DNA of 64,000 nt, taken from Octopus vulgaris (taxonomy: Eukaryota). Numbering within the stretch: the first letter of the stretch is position 1; each line of letters opens with the position of its first letter. The notes under the pieces are model-generated. The model did not search any database, was not told the DNA's origin, and worked only from the letters and a program-made list of their open reading frames with translations. Shown piece after piece: positions 14,045 to 30,210 of this stretch. The stretch lies in contig OX597814.1 in NCBI GenBank assembly GCA_951406725.2, forward strand, positions 209,622,001 to 209,686,000, read 5' to 3'. A program made the position numbers and the translations under genes.

Positions 14045-14664
14045 CTACTATAGGCACAAGTGCTGAAATTTTTTGGAGTGGTGGGGTGGGTGGTAGTTAA
14101 TTAGATCGACCCCAGTATGCAACTGGTACTTAACTTATCAACCCCGAAAGGCAAAGCCGACCTCGGCAGAATTTGAAGTCAGAACATTAAAGACAGACGA
14201 ATTACCTATTTCTATTTCTTTACTACCCACAAGGGGCTAAACACAGAGAGGACAAACAAGGACGGATTAAGTCGATTACATCGACCCCAGTGCGTAACTA
14301 GTACTTAATTTATCGACCCCGAAAGAATAAAAGGCAAAGTCGACCTCGGCGGAATTTGAACTCAGAATGTAGCAGCAGACGAAATACTGCTAAGCATTTC
14401 GCCCGGCGCGCTAACGATTCTGCCAGCTCGCCGCCTTTAGTTGCCATAATATAGAAACATAAGGCGGTGAGCTGGCAGAAACGTTAGCACGCCGGACGAG
14501 ATGCTTGGCGGTGTTTTGTCTATCTTTACGTCCTGAGTTCAAATTCCGCCGAGGTCGATTTGCCTTTCATCCTTTACGGGTCGATAAATTAAGTACCAGT
14601 TTCGTACTGAGGTCGACCTAATCCACTAGTCCCCTCGCCAAAAATTTCGGGCCGGGTCCAGCTA

Positions 14665-14705
<41 letters not shown>

Positions 14706-15057
14706 GAGAAAGCTGAACCGTTATCGCCTCGAACAAACTGCTTAGCGGCATTTCTTCTAACTCTTTACGTTCTGTGTTCTGACTCGTCAAGTTCGATTTG
14801 CGTCTCATCATTTTGTAATCAATAAAATAAGTACCAGTTCAGCAATCGACTGTGCCCCTCCCCATAAAATTATTAGCGTTCTGCTAAAATTTGAAACAAT
14901 TATAATTATTACTGATATAATATTGATTTCAAAGTTTGGCACATGGCCAACATATTCAGGGGAGGGGTAAGTCGCTTACCTCAACGCCAGTGTTCAATTG
15001 GTACTTATTTTATCGAACCCGATAGGATGAAAGACAAAGTCAGCCTCGGCGGAATTT
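14045..15057. mobile_element. Cluster of SINE family B copies in both orientations (minus to 14437, plus from 14462, minus 14930-15057)
   Basis: Matches to the family B consensus. Confidence 0.8.
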
Positions 15058-17699
15058 ATTACTGATATAATATTAATTTCATGTAATTCTGGTAGGGTTT
15101 TCTAGCGCTAGTTATCGTGGATCTCATTATTAGAGACTAAGAATGTATTCTCTAATACGAAATTGCTTACGGATAAATAAGTAGTTTTATTCGATATAAG
15201 CTTAGTCGTTTACACTGAGTACCATCGAAAGGGACCGCCGTTGTATCCTTCCAGCAGTGATTTAATATACTGTCTACTTAGTCTATTGTAACACTTCATA
15301 AAATGTATTTGCTTTCAATGCATATGTGTTCAGTAAGTTTTTCATGATAGATAATAGTTTGAACTTTGAAATGTTATGCTAAAACTGGAAGCACTGCCAA
15401 GTTGGCTATTGTATCAGAGTGAAAATGCAACCAAGACCTAGGGAAAACATAGATATACAAGATTTAGAAATATAAACAGAATTTTGACTTATGAGAGCCA
15501 GAAGTTTTAGTAGTATTGCACAGCAATTTTATTATCGAGAAGGTTAAATAGTGTGTCTATATATTAATGTGAAGGAATGTAGCTTACATTTTAAAATTTG
15601 TGGGAACATAATTAAATCTTTTGGGATATATTTCCTCTGATATTTTTTGAAATTTAAAGTTGTTGAAATACGCTTAAAATGTTATAGCTTTTGTCTATGA
15701 CTGCTGAGAGATCAACAATATTTTAACAACCAATAAATAGATAAAGAAACACAACCACCTAATTTAATAACTCTACTTCAAAGTTTTCTATTAAAATCAC
15801 TAAACTGTCAATTCCCATGGAGCTCTATAAATTTCATTCATGAGTTTCGTATTAACTGAAGATATATTGGATATTATGAGACAAAATGAATTAGTAAAAC
15901 AAATATTCCCTTTGACCTTAGATTATTAGTTGTGGGTTTGAGACAGCAAAATGATATTGATACTCTACTGATATTTAATAATCTTCGATATAGTGTAGTA
16001 GGATATTCTCTGTAAAGTTATAAATGACCGCTAAAGAATATATAAAAAAAAAAAAATGCTATTCTGACTCGAGTAAAGCGAATGTTTGGAATTAATAGTG
16101 TGTGGTGAGTAAACGGCTAGTAGTCATCTATGAATACAAGCTAGAAGTGAAAGAAGAAGTACTTCAGTATATGGTTCAAAATATTATACTAAATACAATT
16201 TCCTGTTAAAGTTTGAAACAAAAGTGATGAAACATAAATTCTTCAGCTTTGAAATATTTCATTTCAAAATTCAATGCTTTATTTCAACTCGTCAATCTCT
16301 TGATCACTGCAGAATGTGAAACATTAACAGCAACAACAACAACAAAAAAGAAGAAAGAAAACGCACCCATCCCAGTTTTAATGGGTAAAATTTGTAACAT
16401 GTTTGTACTTAATGTTACTACAGTGACTACATTTTGTAAAAAAAAACAAAAAAACATTGTTAGTAACAGATTGAAAAAACATACTTAAGCCACTGTTGGT
16501 TGAGACGACCAGACATCTGTTCAATGAGTTATGATGTCATTGTAGGAGTCGTCACAGTTAAAATATTCATTATGGATCGGTGTTTGTTCTGCAGTTTACA
16601 AAAGAATCTATTGATAATTGACTTGAAAGAATTCTGATTAGTAAGTAGTAAACTTGTTGCTGATGAGAATGTAGCGAAATTGTTTTATTTCAACTAAATT
16701 TTATTTGCCATCAAAATGTTTCTCTGTCATTACCATGAGAAAACAGCATTCTAATTACAGTTTTTCGCTACAGACTTTCAATACCAATCACTGAAGAAGA
16801 ATTTAATGTTTTAAGTGAATCTGCACTCAGTAAATTACCTACTACCTGAAATTTAATATTCCTGCGACATTCTTCTCAATAAAGTTCATATCTTTTCGTT
16901 TTATGAGTACCTTGTTCATTTACAGAATCATGTCACAAGTAGGTAACTACTCTAGCTAGCCATACAGACCATCGATTTACACATTTCGCTTTCAATATCT
17001 TAGAGGTGATCGAAACATTGATACAGTCGTAAACGAGCAGCAACTTCTTTGATCAGTTTTTTAAATATTTACTCCATGAAATACAGCTTCGATAAAAACC
17101 AAATCTACACCACACACACCTGACTCTATTTCTTTCCGTCTCTCACTTTCTCTCTTTGTCTGCCTGTCCATCTGTCTGCCTGACTGCCTCTCTCTCTCTC
17201 TCTAAACTAAAGAAACTCTCTCAATTGTGTCTAGAGTAATAACACTTTGTTAAAGTTGCAAGTATCCAGCAGAATGCTGATGCTATATTTGAGAGGGGTC
17301 ATCTGTCTGTCTCTATGTCTGTTTCTCACTCTTTCTTTCTCTCTCACTCTCTCTCTCCCTCTCCCTTTCTCTTTCTGTCTCTCATACACACGCGCACATG
17401 CATTATTCTACATTCAACCAAAAGAGAGAAGCCAATTTGATTGGCAAAACTTCAGCCACAATGGTACAACAATGACAATATTGCAACACACCGCGCCCTC
17501 CATCACCCTCTCCTTCCCTCTCTCATCGTATCCATTCCTCCCTCTCTCTCTTCCTCTCTCTCTCTCTTGTCTCCCTCCTCTCTTATTTTCTCTCTTCTCA
17601 TGCAAATATCCACAGTTCCTACTCTTCAAATTAATACATTTTTCTTTCGATAGACAGATATAGATACATCAATAGATACATATAACTATTTGTTTACTT

Positions 17700-18090
17700 A
17701 ATTCTTTTACTTGTTTCAGTCATTTGACTGTGGCCATGCTGGAGCACCGCCTTTAGTCGAGCAAATCGACCCCAGGACTTATTCTTTGTAAGCCTAGTAC
17801 TTATTTTATCGGTCTCTCTTGCCGAACTGCTAAATAACGGAGACGTAAACACACCAGCATCGGTTTTCAAGTGCTGTTGGGGGAACAAACACAGACACAC
17901 AAACATATACATACACACATATATATACGACGGGCTTCTTTCAGTTTCCGTCTACCAAATCCACTCACAAGGCATTGGTCGTCCCAAGGCTATAGTAGAA
18001 GACATTTACCCAAGGTTCCACGCAGTGGGACTGAACCCAGAAACATGTGGTTGTTAAGCAAGCTATTTACCACACAGCTACTCCTGCGCC
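17700..18090 (-). mobile_element. tRNA-derived SINE family C with internal microsatellite
   Basis: Minus strand ggcgcaggagtagctgtgtggtaa...ggttcagtccc...gaagcccgtcg(ta)n...gactgaaacaagtaaaagaat. Confidence 0.85.
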
Positions 18091-19140
18091 TAAGTTATTT
18101 AAGGTAACTAGGACCAAAAATCATAGGTAAAAAAAGTACAATCAGCTTTATCTTGTGGACTTCTCTTCATGAAATGTAAAGCAAAAACGGATGTCACTTA
18201 AAATTCTCAACATTTGTCTGTATAGCTTATAGTGTCGAGATTAATTTCATATTCCTGGAGTTTCTTAAAATTAATTCCAATATTTCCTTTGAGATTCGCG
18301 GGCATCACTGGGTATCTTAGCAAATTTTCTCTATGACATCTATTCATAAGTATCAATGGTAGGGTAGCGTGACAATTTGTTAATTATTTATGAAATTTTA
18401 AAGCCGGTGTTTATATTTCGTCTATCATCTGGTATCCTATGATATTTCAATAGTTGAATTAGTTCTTTTTATTTTAAAAATATTCAGTGTAGTGAGAATT
18501 AAAATTTTGATTAGAAATTCTTATGCGCGGAGAAAATGAAAAACGACATTATTAGTTAAATGATATGATATTAATCATTTCAACAATTACAGGAGAGAAA
18601 CAAATGAGGTTTCTTCAGCTAAATATATGCGTCAAATATACGTCACTGTACTTTCTGAATAAGTCATTAGAGAGTAACAAATAAAATAAACTATATTTTA
18701 CACGAGTAGGCGTGAAAGATTAAGGCATTAAAAGTAAATCAATGAGGTTAATGACTCGGAGACTTTGATGCTCTCTAAATATTGTTGATGGTATGAACTG
18801 ATGTGTTAGTACGTCAGATAGTGAATCGATTCTTGATGAGTCATATATATATATATAACTTGCTGAGGCGTATATTCTAGAGAGACGTCGGTGTGACATA
18901 TGATGCCTTAAAAAATAAACTACAAACAGTTATTTATGAAAATAAATCAATGAAGCTCTACAAACACTAATATATAGAATAAAACAAAACCCTAATAAAT
19001 AATCGGTTTATAAACAAGTCAGTAGACCAAGCAATAGATCAATACGGAAACAAATTCAGCACAGCAAATATAACAAACGACGTCCGGTGAAAAAAGCAGT
19101 TCATATGTAAAGTGTATTACATGAATCAAATATTCCCTGG

Positions 19141-19220
<80 letters not shown>

Positions 19221-19263
19221 TACGTACATACATACATACATACATAGACACACACATACATAC

Positions 19264-19318
<55 letters not shown>

Positions 19319-19367
19319 TATATATGTACACCAACTGTCTTCGTCTTTTGTTTTTTTCGTAAACTCT

Positions 19368-19428
<61 letters not shown>

Positions 19429-20249
19429 AGAATAAGCACATAAATGCGGAACAAGGCGGAGAAAATAGTACTCCAATACCAGAGGTATATGTATATATAT
19501 ATTTACATACATGCATATAAATTTGCGTATCCATACATACACATCTATACACACTTACACACACACATATAGGTTTATATGTATATGCATATATATATCC
19601 TAAAATAGAAAACAGTAGAAGGTCAATGTTACATCATCATAAATTAACAATAAATATATGTTACAAATGTGTACAAATTAAACAATGTACTCATCAAATC
19701 ATGTGCAATAAACTTCAAGTATGCAAGACTGAATAAAATTTAGAAGGCCAATGCTCTTGGCAAATTTTATGAAAACAAATGTAAAATTTACGACTAGCTT
19801 TGCTTCGGTCATACCAGCATGGTACTTCTCGTGGGTACAACATTGTTAATAGTTTAATCATTAGACTAACGACTAACTAATCATTAGACTAACGACAACG
19901 CCTATGAACATAAGGTCTCTGAGACTGACAGGAGCCCTGACCCAATTCTTGGATCAGAACAGGCTACTTCAAAATTTCTTCAAATTCCAAAGAATAAATT
20001 TACTGCCCTATAATAGGATAGGCCACTCTGACTCTGGGGTGTCCTATCCCGTTCTTCCTAGTTGCTGTCTACGATATTTTGCTGATAAGGAATTTGTCGA
20101 ACCAAGTAAGAAACACTGCTCTAAGGTGCAGCGTTGCTGGTTTGAACCATTATTACAAGAAAGTATTGGATCACATTTCATTATACGTTATAAATGAGAG
20201 CTAGATTAGAATTCAATAGTTGTTGACTTACTTTTGTCTTCTATTTTTA

Positions 20250-20610
20250 GCTTGATACAGTCATCGGACTGCGGCCATGCTGGAGCATAGCTTTTTAGAT
20301 TTTGGTCGAAGAAATCGACACCACTAATTTTTTACGCGTGACATATATTGTATCTGTCTCCTTCGCGGAACCACAAACTTAGAGGGACATAAACAAACTA
20401 ACACCAGATGTCAAGCTGTAGTGGAGGACAAAGACAAACACAAAGACACACACATAGACACGCATATCTATACGGCGGGTTTCTTTCAGTTACTGTCTAC
20501 AACATCCACTCACAAAGCTTTGGTCGGCCCAGGGCTAAATTTAAAAAAACTACTGCAATGCAGTGTGAAGGAAATCGGAACCATGTGGTTCTGAATCAAA
20601 CTGAAGCAAA
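20250..20610 (-). mobile_element. SINE family C, diverged copy
   Basis: gactgcggccatgctggagca...ccactcacaaagctttggtcggccc. Confidence 0.65.
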
Positions 20611-20648
20611 CTTTTTTACAATTATAAAAATGATTAGTCATAACATTT

Positions 20649-21349
20649 ATGTTTGTTGCCACTTCAATATGACCGTTCCGCACGGAACGATGTTACCCCT
20701 AATTCTTAATCCCAAGAGAACACCTTCCCCAGCTGGTTAACAACGCAACCTGTGTCCGATATATTGCAAGCAGGGAAGCGAAGCCTCACCATCTTCTAGC
20801 GATTTGACAGGACTAGTAGACCAGCGTGGTTTCGAGCTATTTTTGGCCCATCCTCAGTACTGGACACCTGTCCGCTACAGATGGTAGATGTTCGGCGAGC
20901 TGGCAGAAACGTTAGCACGCCGGGCGAAATGCGTAGCCGTATTTCGTCTGCCGCTACGTTCTGAGTTCAAATTCCGCCGAGGTCGACTTTGCCTTTCATC
21001 CTTTCGGGGTCGATTAAATAAGTACCAGTTACGTTCTGGGGTCGATATAATCGACTTAATCCGTTTGTCTGTCCTTGTTTGCCCCCCCCCTCTGTGTTTA
21101 GCCCCTTGTGGGTAGTAAAGAAATAGGTAGATGTTCGCTCTAGCTTGCAATATATAGAAAAATAAACGACATACCCGGAAACGAAGCTGGTCTACTGGTC
21201 CTATCAAATCGTTAAAAGATGGCAGGCGTTCGCTGCCCTGCCTGCAATATATCGGACGCAGGTTGTATCGTTAACCAGCTGGAGAATATATTCTCATGGC
21301 AAGAATGTCGTTCTGTACGGAACAGCCATGATGAAGTGGCAAGAAACAT
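20649..21349. mobile_element. Foldback/MITE-like element with about 180-bp imperfect terminal inverted repeats, interrupted by a SINE
   Basis: 20649-20833 is the reverse complement of 21178-21349 (e.g. ccagctggttaac/gttaaccagctgg and tccgatatattgca/tgcaatatatcgga). Confidence 0.7.
20893..21129 (+). mobile_element. SINE family B, young copy with TSD
   Basis: 12-bp duplication ggtagatgttcg at 20883-20894 and 21126-21137. Confidence 0.9.
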
Positions 21350-22405
21350 TACTTTTTTTGTATAATTAATACTGGCATCCCTTATAGAGATCTTAGATTT
21401 AGCTACTTTGTTCATAGAATTGATATTAATAGAAGAACACAATAGAATAAAAAGCCGAGCTAGGGCATCCTATTCTACGAACGGTGATCAGTTTCTTAAT
21501 TGGCAGTAATCATATTAGAGCATATAAAATTTGTCTACAATGAATTAATACTTTCTAACCTTGTTTAAAGGAAATTAGAATCGATTAAATAACCCTCAGT
21601 ACTTGACAGTGCAATAATTATATATGCACAAATTTCTATGCAAAACTCTTCTCGTTCGGATTTGAATTGAGAAGGTAAAATGCCGGGAATAAGTATCAGA
21701 AGATATTTTGTTAGACACTCGAAAGATTTGGGCGCGCCACCGAATAATGAATTTTTAACACAGTATTCCCATGGCTTTTGTCAACTATAAAGTTAACAGC
21801 GATAACAACGACACCAATAATTATTTCCTGCAGAAAAATACCACAAGGGAGGTCGACGAACAATCAATGGGCAGAACAAACTATAAAGGAAAAATAAAAT
21901 ATAACGAATAAATAAGGAAATGGAAACAATACAAATAAAAGTCAACTAAATCCCCAAACAATTGAGCAGTCATGTGTGACTCTCGCACATACACACAAAC
22001 ACTAGTTTACTCATATACAAATACTACAAATGTAAATTTTTCCAGGCGAAAACATGAATTTGCTGTAATATAATAACTGATATATTATCATGTAAGGATA
22101 AAAAAAAAACGATCCTTGATTCCATATTCGTTCGCGATAATTGTAACCATTTATGTTTCCGTTCTATAATAGATTTGTGTAATGTATATACACAAACACG
22201 CAAGGAAGCTTAGATGCATGCTTGCACGCATGCATATATATATTTATATATATCCACACACATTTATATACATATATATGTATTATATATTGTATATGTA
22301 TCTATATAAATATATATACATATGTATATATAGCATGTATATATCTATATACATACATATACATTATATATATATATATATGAATATGAATGTATACAGG
22401 AGTGT

Positions 22406-22461
<56 letters not shown>

Positions 22462-22631
22462 ATGTGAATGCATTAAAAGATTTGTTGATGCGTATGTATG
22501 TGTTTTACCATTTAACAATGAAATATCGATATGACGATTATGTACAGGGTTAAATGAAATATTTACCCTTTCCGTAACTTATCTATGAGAATTAAGCAAA
22601 AGTGGGGTCCAAAAGAGAAAGAGAAGAAAGA

Positions 22632-22687
<56 letters not shown>

Positions 22688-23052
22688 AGAGCGAGAGAGA
22701 GCGGGCTGGGTGGCGGCTCGCAACCGAGATACTGCGCCTCAGTGAGCGTAACTGCAGGAAAATGAAAGTAAGAGAAGGTGGTAAGGAAAAAGAAATAATA
22801 AATTTATATTATAAATTTGCTTATAGATAATACTTAGGAATAATAGATAGTGTAACATTACTGTATTCTCCTAACATAATCTTCACTTTAACCCATGATT
22901 GAAAACTTGAACTGAACACATATATTGAAATATATTCCATTATTTATTCATATGAAATTATAATATCCATATAAACGTTCCTTTTTCTATGATTTTTAGC
23001 TGGCTTTCACCACATATGTGTGTGTGTTTCTGTCCGCACACACTGAGGCGCG

Positions 23053-23130
<78 letters not shown>

Positions 23131-23687
23131 TATATATAAACACATACATTTCTCGTAATTGTTTAGTTTTTTTCCTTTTTTGAAGTATTTCCTTTCTTTA
23201 AACTACGCCATGGTTTAATTTTCTGATTCATCGAAATAGATAAGAGAGGGCTTTAGAACAATTATATCAATCGGGTGATTGTATATTATTTATTGTTTCA
23301 TTCATGAAACGTTTGTAGCTCAAATTTAACACAAGAATGGCAAATTGACGGGAAAATGATTAAAAAGATCGCTTTCTTTTCCCCTCTCTTTCCTTCTCTC
23401 TTTTTCTTTCTCTCTCTCTCTATATACATATATATATATATATATCTCAGTATCTATATCTATGTGTCCATCTATCTCTCTATACGTATATATAAATATA
23501 CACATGCACACATACATACATACATTCACCCCCCCCCATATATATATATATATATACATATATATATGTATATATATATACATATAATGTATGTATATAT
23601 GTATGTATGTTTGTATATATATATATGAATATATATATATATAAAATGTATGTATATATGTATGTATGTTTGTATGATATATGTTTG

Positions 23688-23835
<148 letters not shown>

Positions 23836-24429
23836 CGCATATGTGAGTGCGTGTGTTATGTGGGGGAGAATGAAAGAAAAAGAGACAAAGAGACAGAGTG
23901 ACAGAGACAGAAAGAGAAAGGGAGAAAATACTTCTTTGTGTTTTTCTTGCCGCAGAATATCTTGTAAACTTTCATTCAATGAAAAATTCATTTAAATCTT
24001 TTGAACTCAAAAGATGAATTGTGTTTTGATATTTTGATGATAACAATTTGTTCAGAAAATTTGTTATAATATTGAAGTCTTTGATAATCGGATGCGTTAC
24101 CATGACAAGACTAGTTTGGTTTCTGACAACAGTTAAGAGATGTGACTGAAGCGGCTGTAGCTGAGTTTCAGGATAATGTCACCAACTCAGTTCACAAAAA
24201 GCTGGTGGAATTCAAATTCTTAGATACACTCGTATAATTGTCAAAGTTCAATGTTGTAACGAATAAATGCATGTTTACAAAAGCAAATCACAGTTAAAAT
24301 GATGAGCAATTAATTTAAAAAGAAATTGCAATATCAGCAGCATGAAATAGAGTGATATGTTATACTCCTCTCTTTAACTACAAGCTACAATTCTACCATT
24401 GCCGTTGAAAATAATCCATATGCACGCAC

Positions 24430-25150
24430 AAGAGCAAAAACGTCAGGCCGGATATTTTGATAGGCTTTTGTCGGAAAGTATACACCTACTAACAAACCAC
24501 CAACATCAGCCATACCTTCTTAGCTTGACCTTCAATGGAAAGTCGTCAACAAAACGCAAGACACAAAACCTTATAAGCCCTCCGACGCTGAATAAAATAT
24601 CGCCAGATTCCTAAAGAATATTATATCGAGCTAGCTTACTCTCTGTTTCGGCTACCTAGTTTTGCTTCACATGTGGTGAATTTTCAGACCTGTGCAAGAA
24701 GACCCCTGTGGTTCCTATTTATAAGAAAAAACTTTGAATATAATTGAACACCGGCAAAGTTTTGCTATCATTCACACGCAAACAACCGTTAAGCAACCTC
24801 TGGGACAATCAACTCATTTCCCAAAACCAATTTGGCTTCGAACCAAGCTATAGCAGGGCATATATCCTGGATATTCTGTCAGTAATATGGAACAACTAGA
24901 GCAGCATAAGCCTGAATGTGTGTATTGTAACTTGCACTGGAAAATTTAATTGAATTCTACGCCATGTTCGAATTAAGGAAAACAGCAGACATTACTTCGG
25001 TGAATATAAATGTACCTAAATAGAGATTCCATGAAGTCCAACATTTTAGTCCAACACTGTGGTCCAAGCTTTACAAGTAAGCTTTACAAGTCTGAGTCCT
25101 CTCAGTTTTCATAGATGATCTGCTCAACCGCGTAGAAGTACATGTCATTT
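24430..25150 (+). mobile_element. Highly decayed LINE RT remnant (CR1/L2-like)
   Basis: Fragmentary motifs VVPIYKK, NQLISQNQFGF and SVFIDDL in broken frames. Confidence 0.45.
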
Positions 25151-26321
25151 GAACATTATTTGTACGTCTATATCGACTCCTCCACGCACTTTGCATCTAT
25201 AAAAGGGGAACGGTACGTGGATGTAGTTAGCTTAAACTTATAACAAAGACTTAGAAGATGAGTGAAGCGTAACATTTGTTTAACCAATATGTAAAACGAA
25301 CAACGTTACAATTTGAGAATTGATGGCTACTTTTGAAAAAGCAGATTGAGGTTCTGAGTATAACAACAAACAGCAGACTGGCGCTGGTACAACAAAACGT
25401 CTTTGCATGTAACAGTGTCTTGGGATCCAACATAGAGTTGCCGGAAATTTTAATAAGGAAGAGAGAGTTATGTTTTTAATGCCTAAACCTCAAGCAAATA
25501 TGAAGTAATGTATATGTTCATCGAATGCCTTATAAAGTATATTCATTTAACTAACTACAATTCAAAAGAATCCTCTCGAGATAATTTCAGTTGATGGAAG
25601 CAATGCTTCGAAAAAACTCTCTACCAACAGCTTACAACATAGCTGACAGTTTACAATAGCTGCAACTTTCTATACAATTCACTGAAACTACCTGCCGGCT
25701 CTTAGTGTAGGGCTATCACTGCAATTTGAAAGAATCCGTTTCGCAAGGAATAGCAGCATCATTTCTACATGTAACCACAATATAGCTGATGCCAAGATAT
25801 ATACAGTGTACAGAAGCGTGCTGTACTCAACTATAAGAAATTAAAAATACAAAAACAAAAACAGAAAGAAAATAACTAAAAAAAAAACTTTCAAGGACTC
25901 CTACTAAAACATGTTATCTTGATCGACAAGCTAACAAGGTATCAAAAGCTGACTGTGACGTCTCTTCTGATCAATCTCTGGACATCGGCTTGCAAGAAAC
26001 TAATGAATTACTACTTCGAAAATAGAATATGTAGAGGCGCGTGTGTTTGTGTGCATGTGTTTGCATTATTTAACACTTAGTCCTTAAATCTTGTGTGATG
26101 CGGTGTGTAATGTAGTTGGTGCAAAGGAATTTCATCATTCTTTTCCGGTGGTAGGATCGTCGTTCAGAGTGACTTGTATGAATTTGCTTTGCCAATAATG
26201 TTCCAAGTAATGAATAAGGAAAATTGGTGTGATAAGCTAGTATCCAATGTTAAGTCAATGTCTCGAAATATGTACAGGTATTGACTATGACATCCTTTGA
26301 ATTCAGTAGGGGCTATTTCAG

Positions 26322-26800
<479 letters not shown>

Positions 26801-27858
26801 ATCTCTCTCTATGTATATATATATATATATATATCTTTTAAATTTGTTTACTGGAAACGTGCGCAGTGATGCATTAAAATATTTATAAATTCCATCTAAG
26901 AATTATTATTGTTCCTATATATATTTATATATATATATATATATATGTACAGATACATACACAAACGCGCACATGCACACACACACATATATGTATATAT
27001 AGATGTGTGTATGTACGTATATATGTCTGTTTGTCTGTCTGTATGTATGTAAGGCTGTTGACCTATATGATCGAATGCACATGTAATTCAGTAATTCAGT
27101 TTTATAAAGCTAAGTTTTCTAATTGATAGGACACTACTTTTCTCGTTTTCAGTTAATTTAAATTATTCATATTTTGACATTTTACGCCTTTATGTTTTTT
27201 TTTTAAAATATTTTTTCACTAATACTCCTTATTCTGAAGAATCGAAAGACGAATAGGATATATTGACAACTGTTTTTATATTCCTTTAAACCTAAATAAC
27301 CACGTAACAATTTCGAAAATAAAAAAATATAAAAAAAGGTCCCTGAACTGAACTGATTGCGTGTTCCAGTAAATATTTCGTTCCTGACAAGGAGGGACAG
27401 AAAAGACGAACGAGCAAATATTCTATAATTTTATAAGAGGCTTCGCTTTACATTTCAGACAGCACTAAGTTCACGGTTGTTTACCTCCTTGTAAACCATG
27501 TGTGACCTTTTTGCCTTTTCCCTAAGATATTAGCATCGTTAAATGAAGTGAAATAGGTTAAAACGATAATTCAAAATTTGTCATGCTCTCAGCTTCTGGA
27601 AACACCACATTTTCTGTATTGACCTCTACACGCAATGACTAAAGAATAAAGTGGTTTTCTTACTGTGAGTACAACACCGAAAAATTGTTGCTTTTAATTT
27701 CATTTCGCTTTAAACTGAATTTTGACAGTTATTTAAACATACAAATCAACTGACATTAATATTGTAGGGTGTTTTATTAAAATATGACATTACTAGAATA
27801 AAATACGATCTCCCTCTCTCCCTCTCTCTCTCTCTCTATTTATCTATCTATCTATCTC

Positions 27859-27896
<38 letters not shown>

Positions 27897-28227
27897 CATC
27901 TATCTATCTATCTATCTATCTGTCTATCTGTGTGTAAACGAGTATATAGGTATATACATATATTGGTCTGTGTGTGTGTATATATATATACATATATATA
28001 CATATATACACATGTGCACGCTTATATATATATATACACATATATACACATGTGCACGCTTATATATATATATATACACACACACACGCGCACACATATA
28101 ATATGCACTTTCACAAAGATATATTTGAGCAATATATATATGTGCATCAATATAAATGTCAATATATGTATATGTATAATATACATACACACACACATAT
28201 ATACACATATATACGTATATCTCTATC

Positions 28228-28327
<100 letters not shown>

Positions 28328-28933
28328 CATATATATATATACATACACACACACACACACACATACATATATCTATGCATGGACATTTATGAGTGTGTTT
28401 GTGTTTGTATGTCTTTATGTATGTCGATGTTCATGTTTGTCTGCGTGCGCATGCGTACACGATACTACTTTTTCTTTAAATAGCGTGAAATTAAATGACT
28501 TCGAAAGCAATAAATTTAGTATTTGTGGTGTTAGACTAAAATATCGTATGCGCAATAGCTTTTCAGTCTGAGAAATGTATCGTTAAGCTGGTGAGGAGAA
28601 AATATCTGTGAGCATACTATTGGAGTACATAGCTTACTTCCAGAAACATGGCTGTGCTTCTAATAATATAACCACTAGATCCAAATGTATGCACACGAAT
28701 GGAGATGTAAAACTGATACTGTTCCTATCATCATGAGCCACCCTACCGAAACAGACATCGCCGCTGCCGTCACCGCCGCCGTCACCGCCACCACCGCCAC
28801 CACCGCCGCCGCCACCATCACCATGACCACCACCACCACCACCACCGATGATAACACCGCTGCCACTGTAGCCTCAACCGCTGCTTCTGTCTCTGTTTTT
28901 CCAACAACAACAAAAGCAAGAACTGCATCTACA

Positions 28934-29335
28934 GTGGAGGCGAAATGGCCCAGTGGTTAGGGCAGCGGATTCGCGGTCGGAGGATCGCGGTTTCGATGCC
29001 CAGACCGGGCGTTGTGTGTGTGTTTATTGAGCGAAAACACCTAAAGCTCCACGAGGCTCCGGCAGGTGGTGGTGGCGACCTCTGTTGTACTCTTTCGCCC
29101 CAACTTTCTCTCACTCTTTCTTCCTGTTCCTTGTCCCCGAGTTCCTACGCAACCGCTGAGCCTGGATGCGCAGTCATCCATCTGTCGATGCTCTCGGTGT
29201 CGGGGTTTGACCTGCTTTCTCTTCTGCGGGTCTTACGAATAGCAAAGGACCACGTTTCGGACTTTTCCCATCTTGCGAGCTCTGGGACGAAGACCGTTCG
29301 CTCAGCAGCAACAGCAACAGCAACAGTATCTACAA
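28934..29335 (+). mobile_element. SINE with family A head and core but a different 3' tail ending in (GCAACA)n
   Basis: Matches 37017-37210 up to ttcctgtt (about 29128), then an unrelated tail. Confidence 0.7.
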
Positions 29336-29544
29336 TAACCTGTACTATATTAATAGTGGTTGCAAATTTTGGCACAGGCCCAGCAGGTCTTGCATTTTTT
29401 AGGGGTGAGGGAAGTCGATTACATCGACTGGCAGTGTTTAACTTGTACTTATTTTATCGATATCGGTCTGGATGAAAAGCCTGGTCGACCTCGGCAGAGG
29501 AGTACTATCGTGTATCTGACAAATCCAGTAGGTAATTTTATTAA

Positions 29545-29593
29545 CTAGTACTACTGCAACTGCTGCTGCTGCTGCTGTTACTACTACTACTAT

Positions 29594-29654
<61 letters not shown>

Positions 29655-29797
29655 GCTTCTGCTGTTACTACTACTTAAAAAGACTCCGCCGGTTACGACG
29701 ACGAGGGTCCCAGCTGATACGATCAACGGAACAGCTTGCAACCACTAAGCCACGCGCCCTCACAGGTTACTACTACTATTACTACTGCTTCTGCTGT

Positions 29798-29856
<59 letters not shown>

Positions 29857-29928
29857 TTACTACTTCTGCTACCACCACCACTACTACTACTACTTCTACT
29901 ACTACTATTACTACTGCTTCTGCTGTTA

Positions 29929-30008
<80 letters not shown>

Positions 30009-30210
30009 GCTGCTGCTACTACTACTACTTCTGCTACCACCACCACTACTACTACTACTTCTACTACTACTACTACTACTGCTTCTGCTGTTACTACTAC
30101 TACTACTGCTGCTGCTACTGCTGCTACTGCTAATGATAAAAGTAATGATGACGACGACAACAACAAAAGCAAAAATAACAACAACAACAACGACGACGAC
30201 AACAACAATA
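29545..30210. repeat. (CTA)n/(CTG)n trinucleotide array containing an 80-bp internally deleted SINE (29686-29766, minus)
   Basis: Read directly; the insert is a family A tail joined to a head remnant. Confidence 0.85.

Noticed and set aside
16660-16690. CTGATGA...GAAA hammerhead-like match
   Set aside because: There is no credible stem I or II; a chance match. The same applies to CTGACGA...GAAA at about 60032.
15200-17100. AT-rich complex stretch as a decayed transposase or host exons
   Set aside because: No recognisable motif or sustained reading frame by eye; needs BLASTX.
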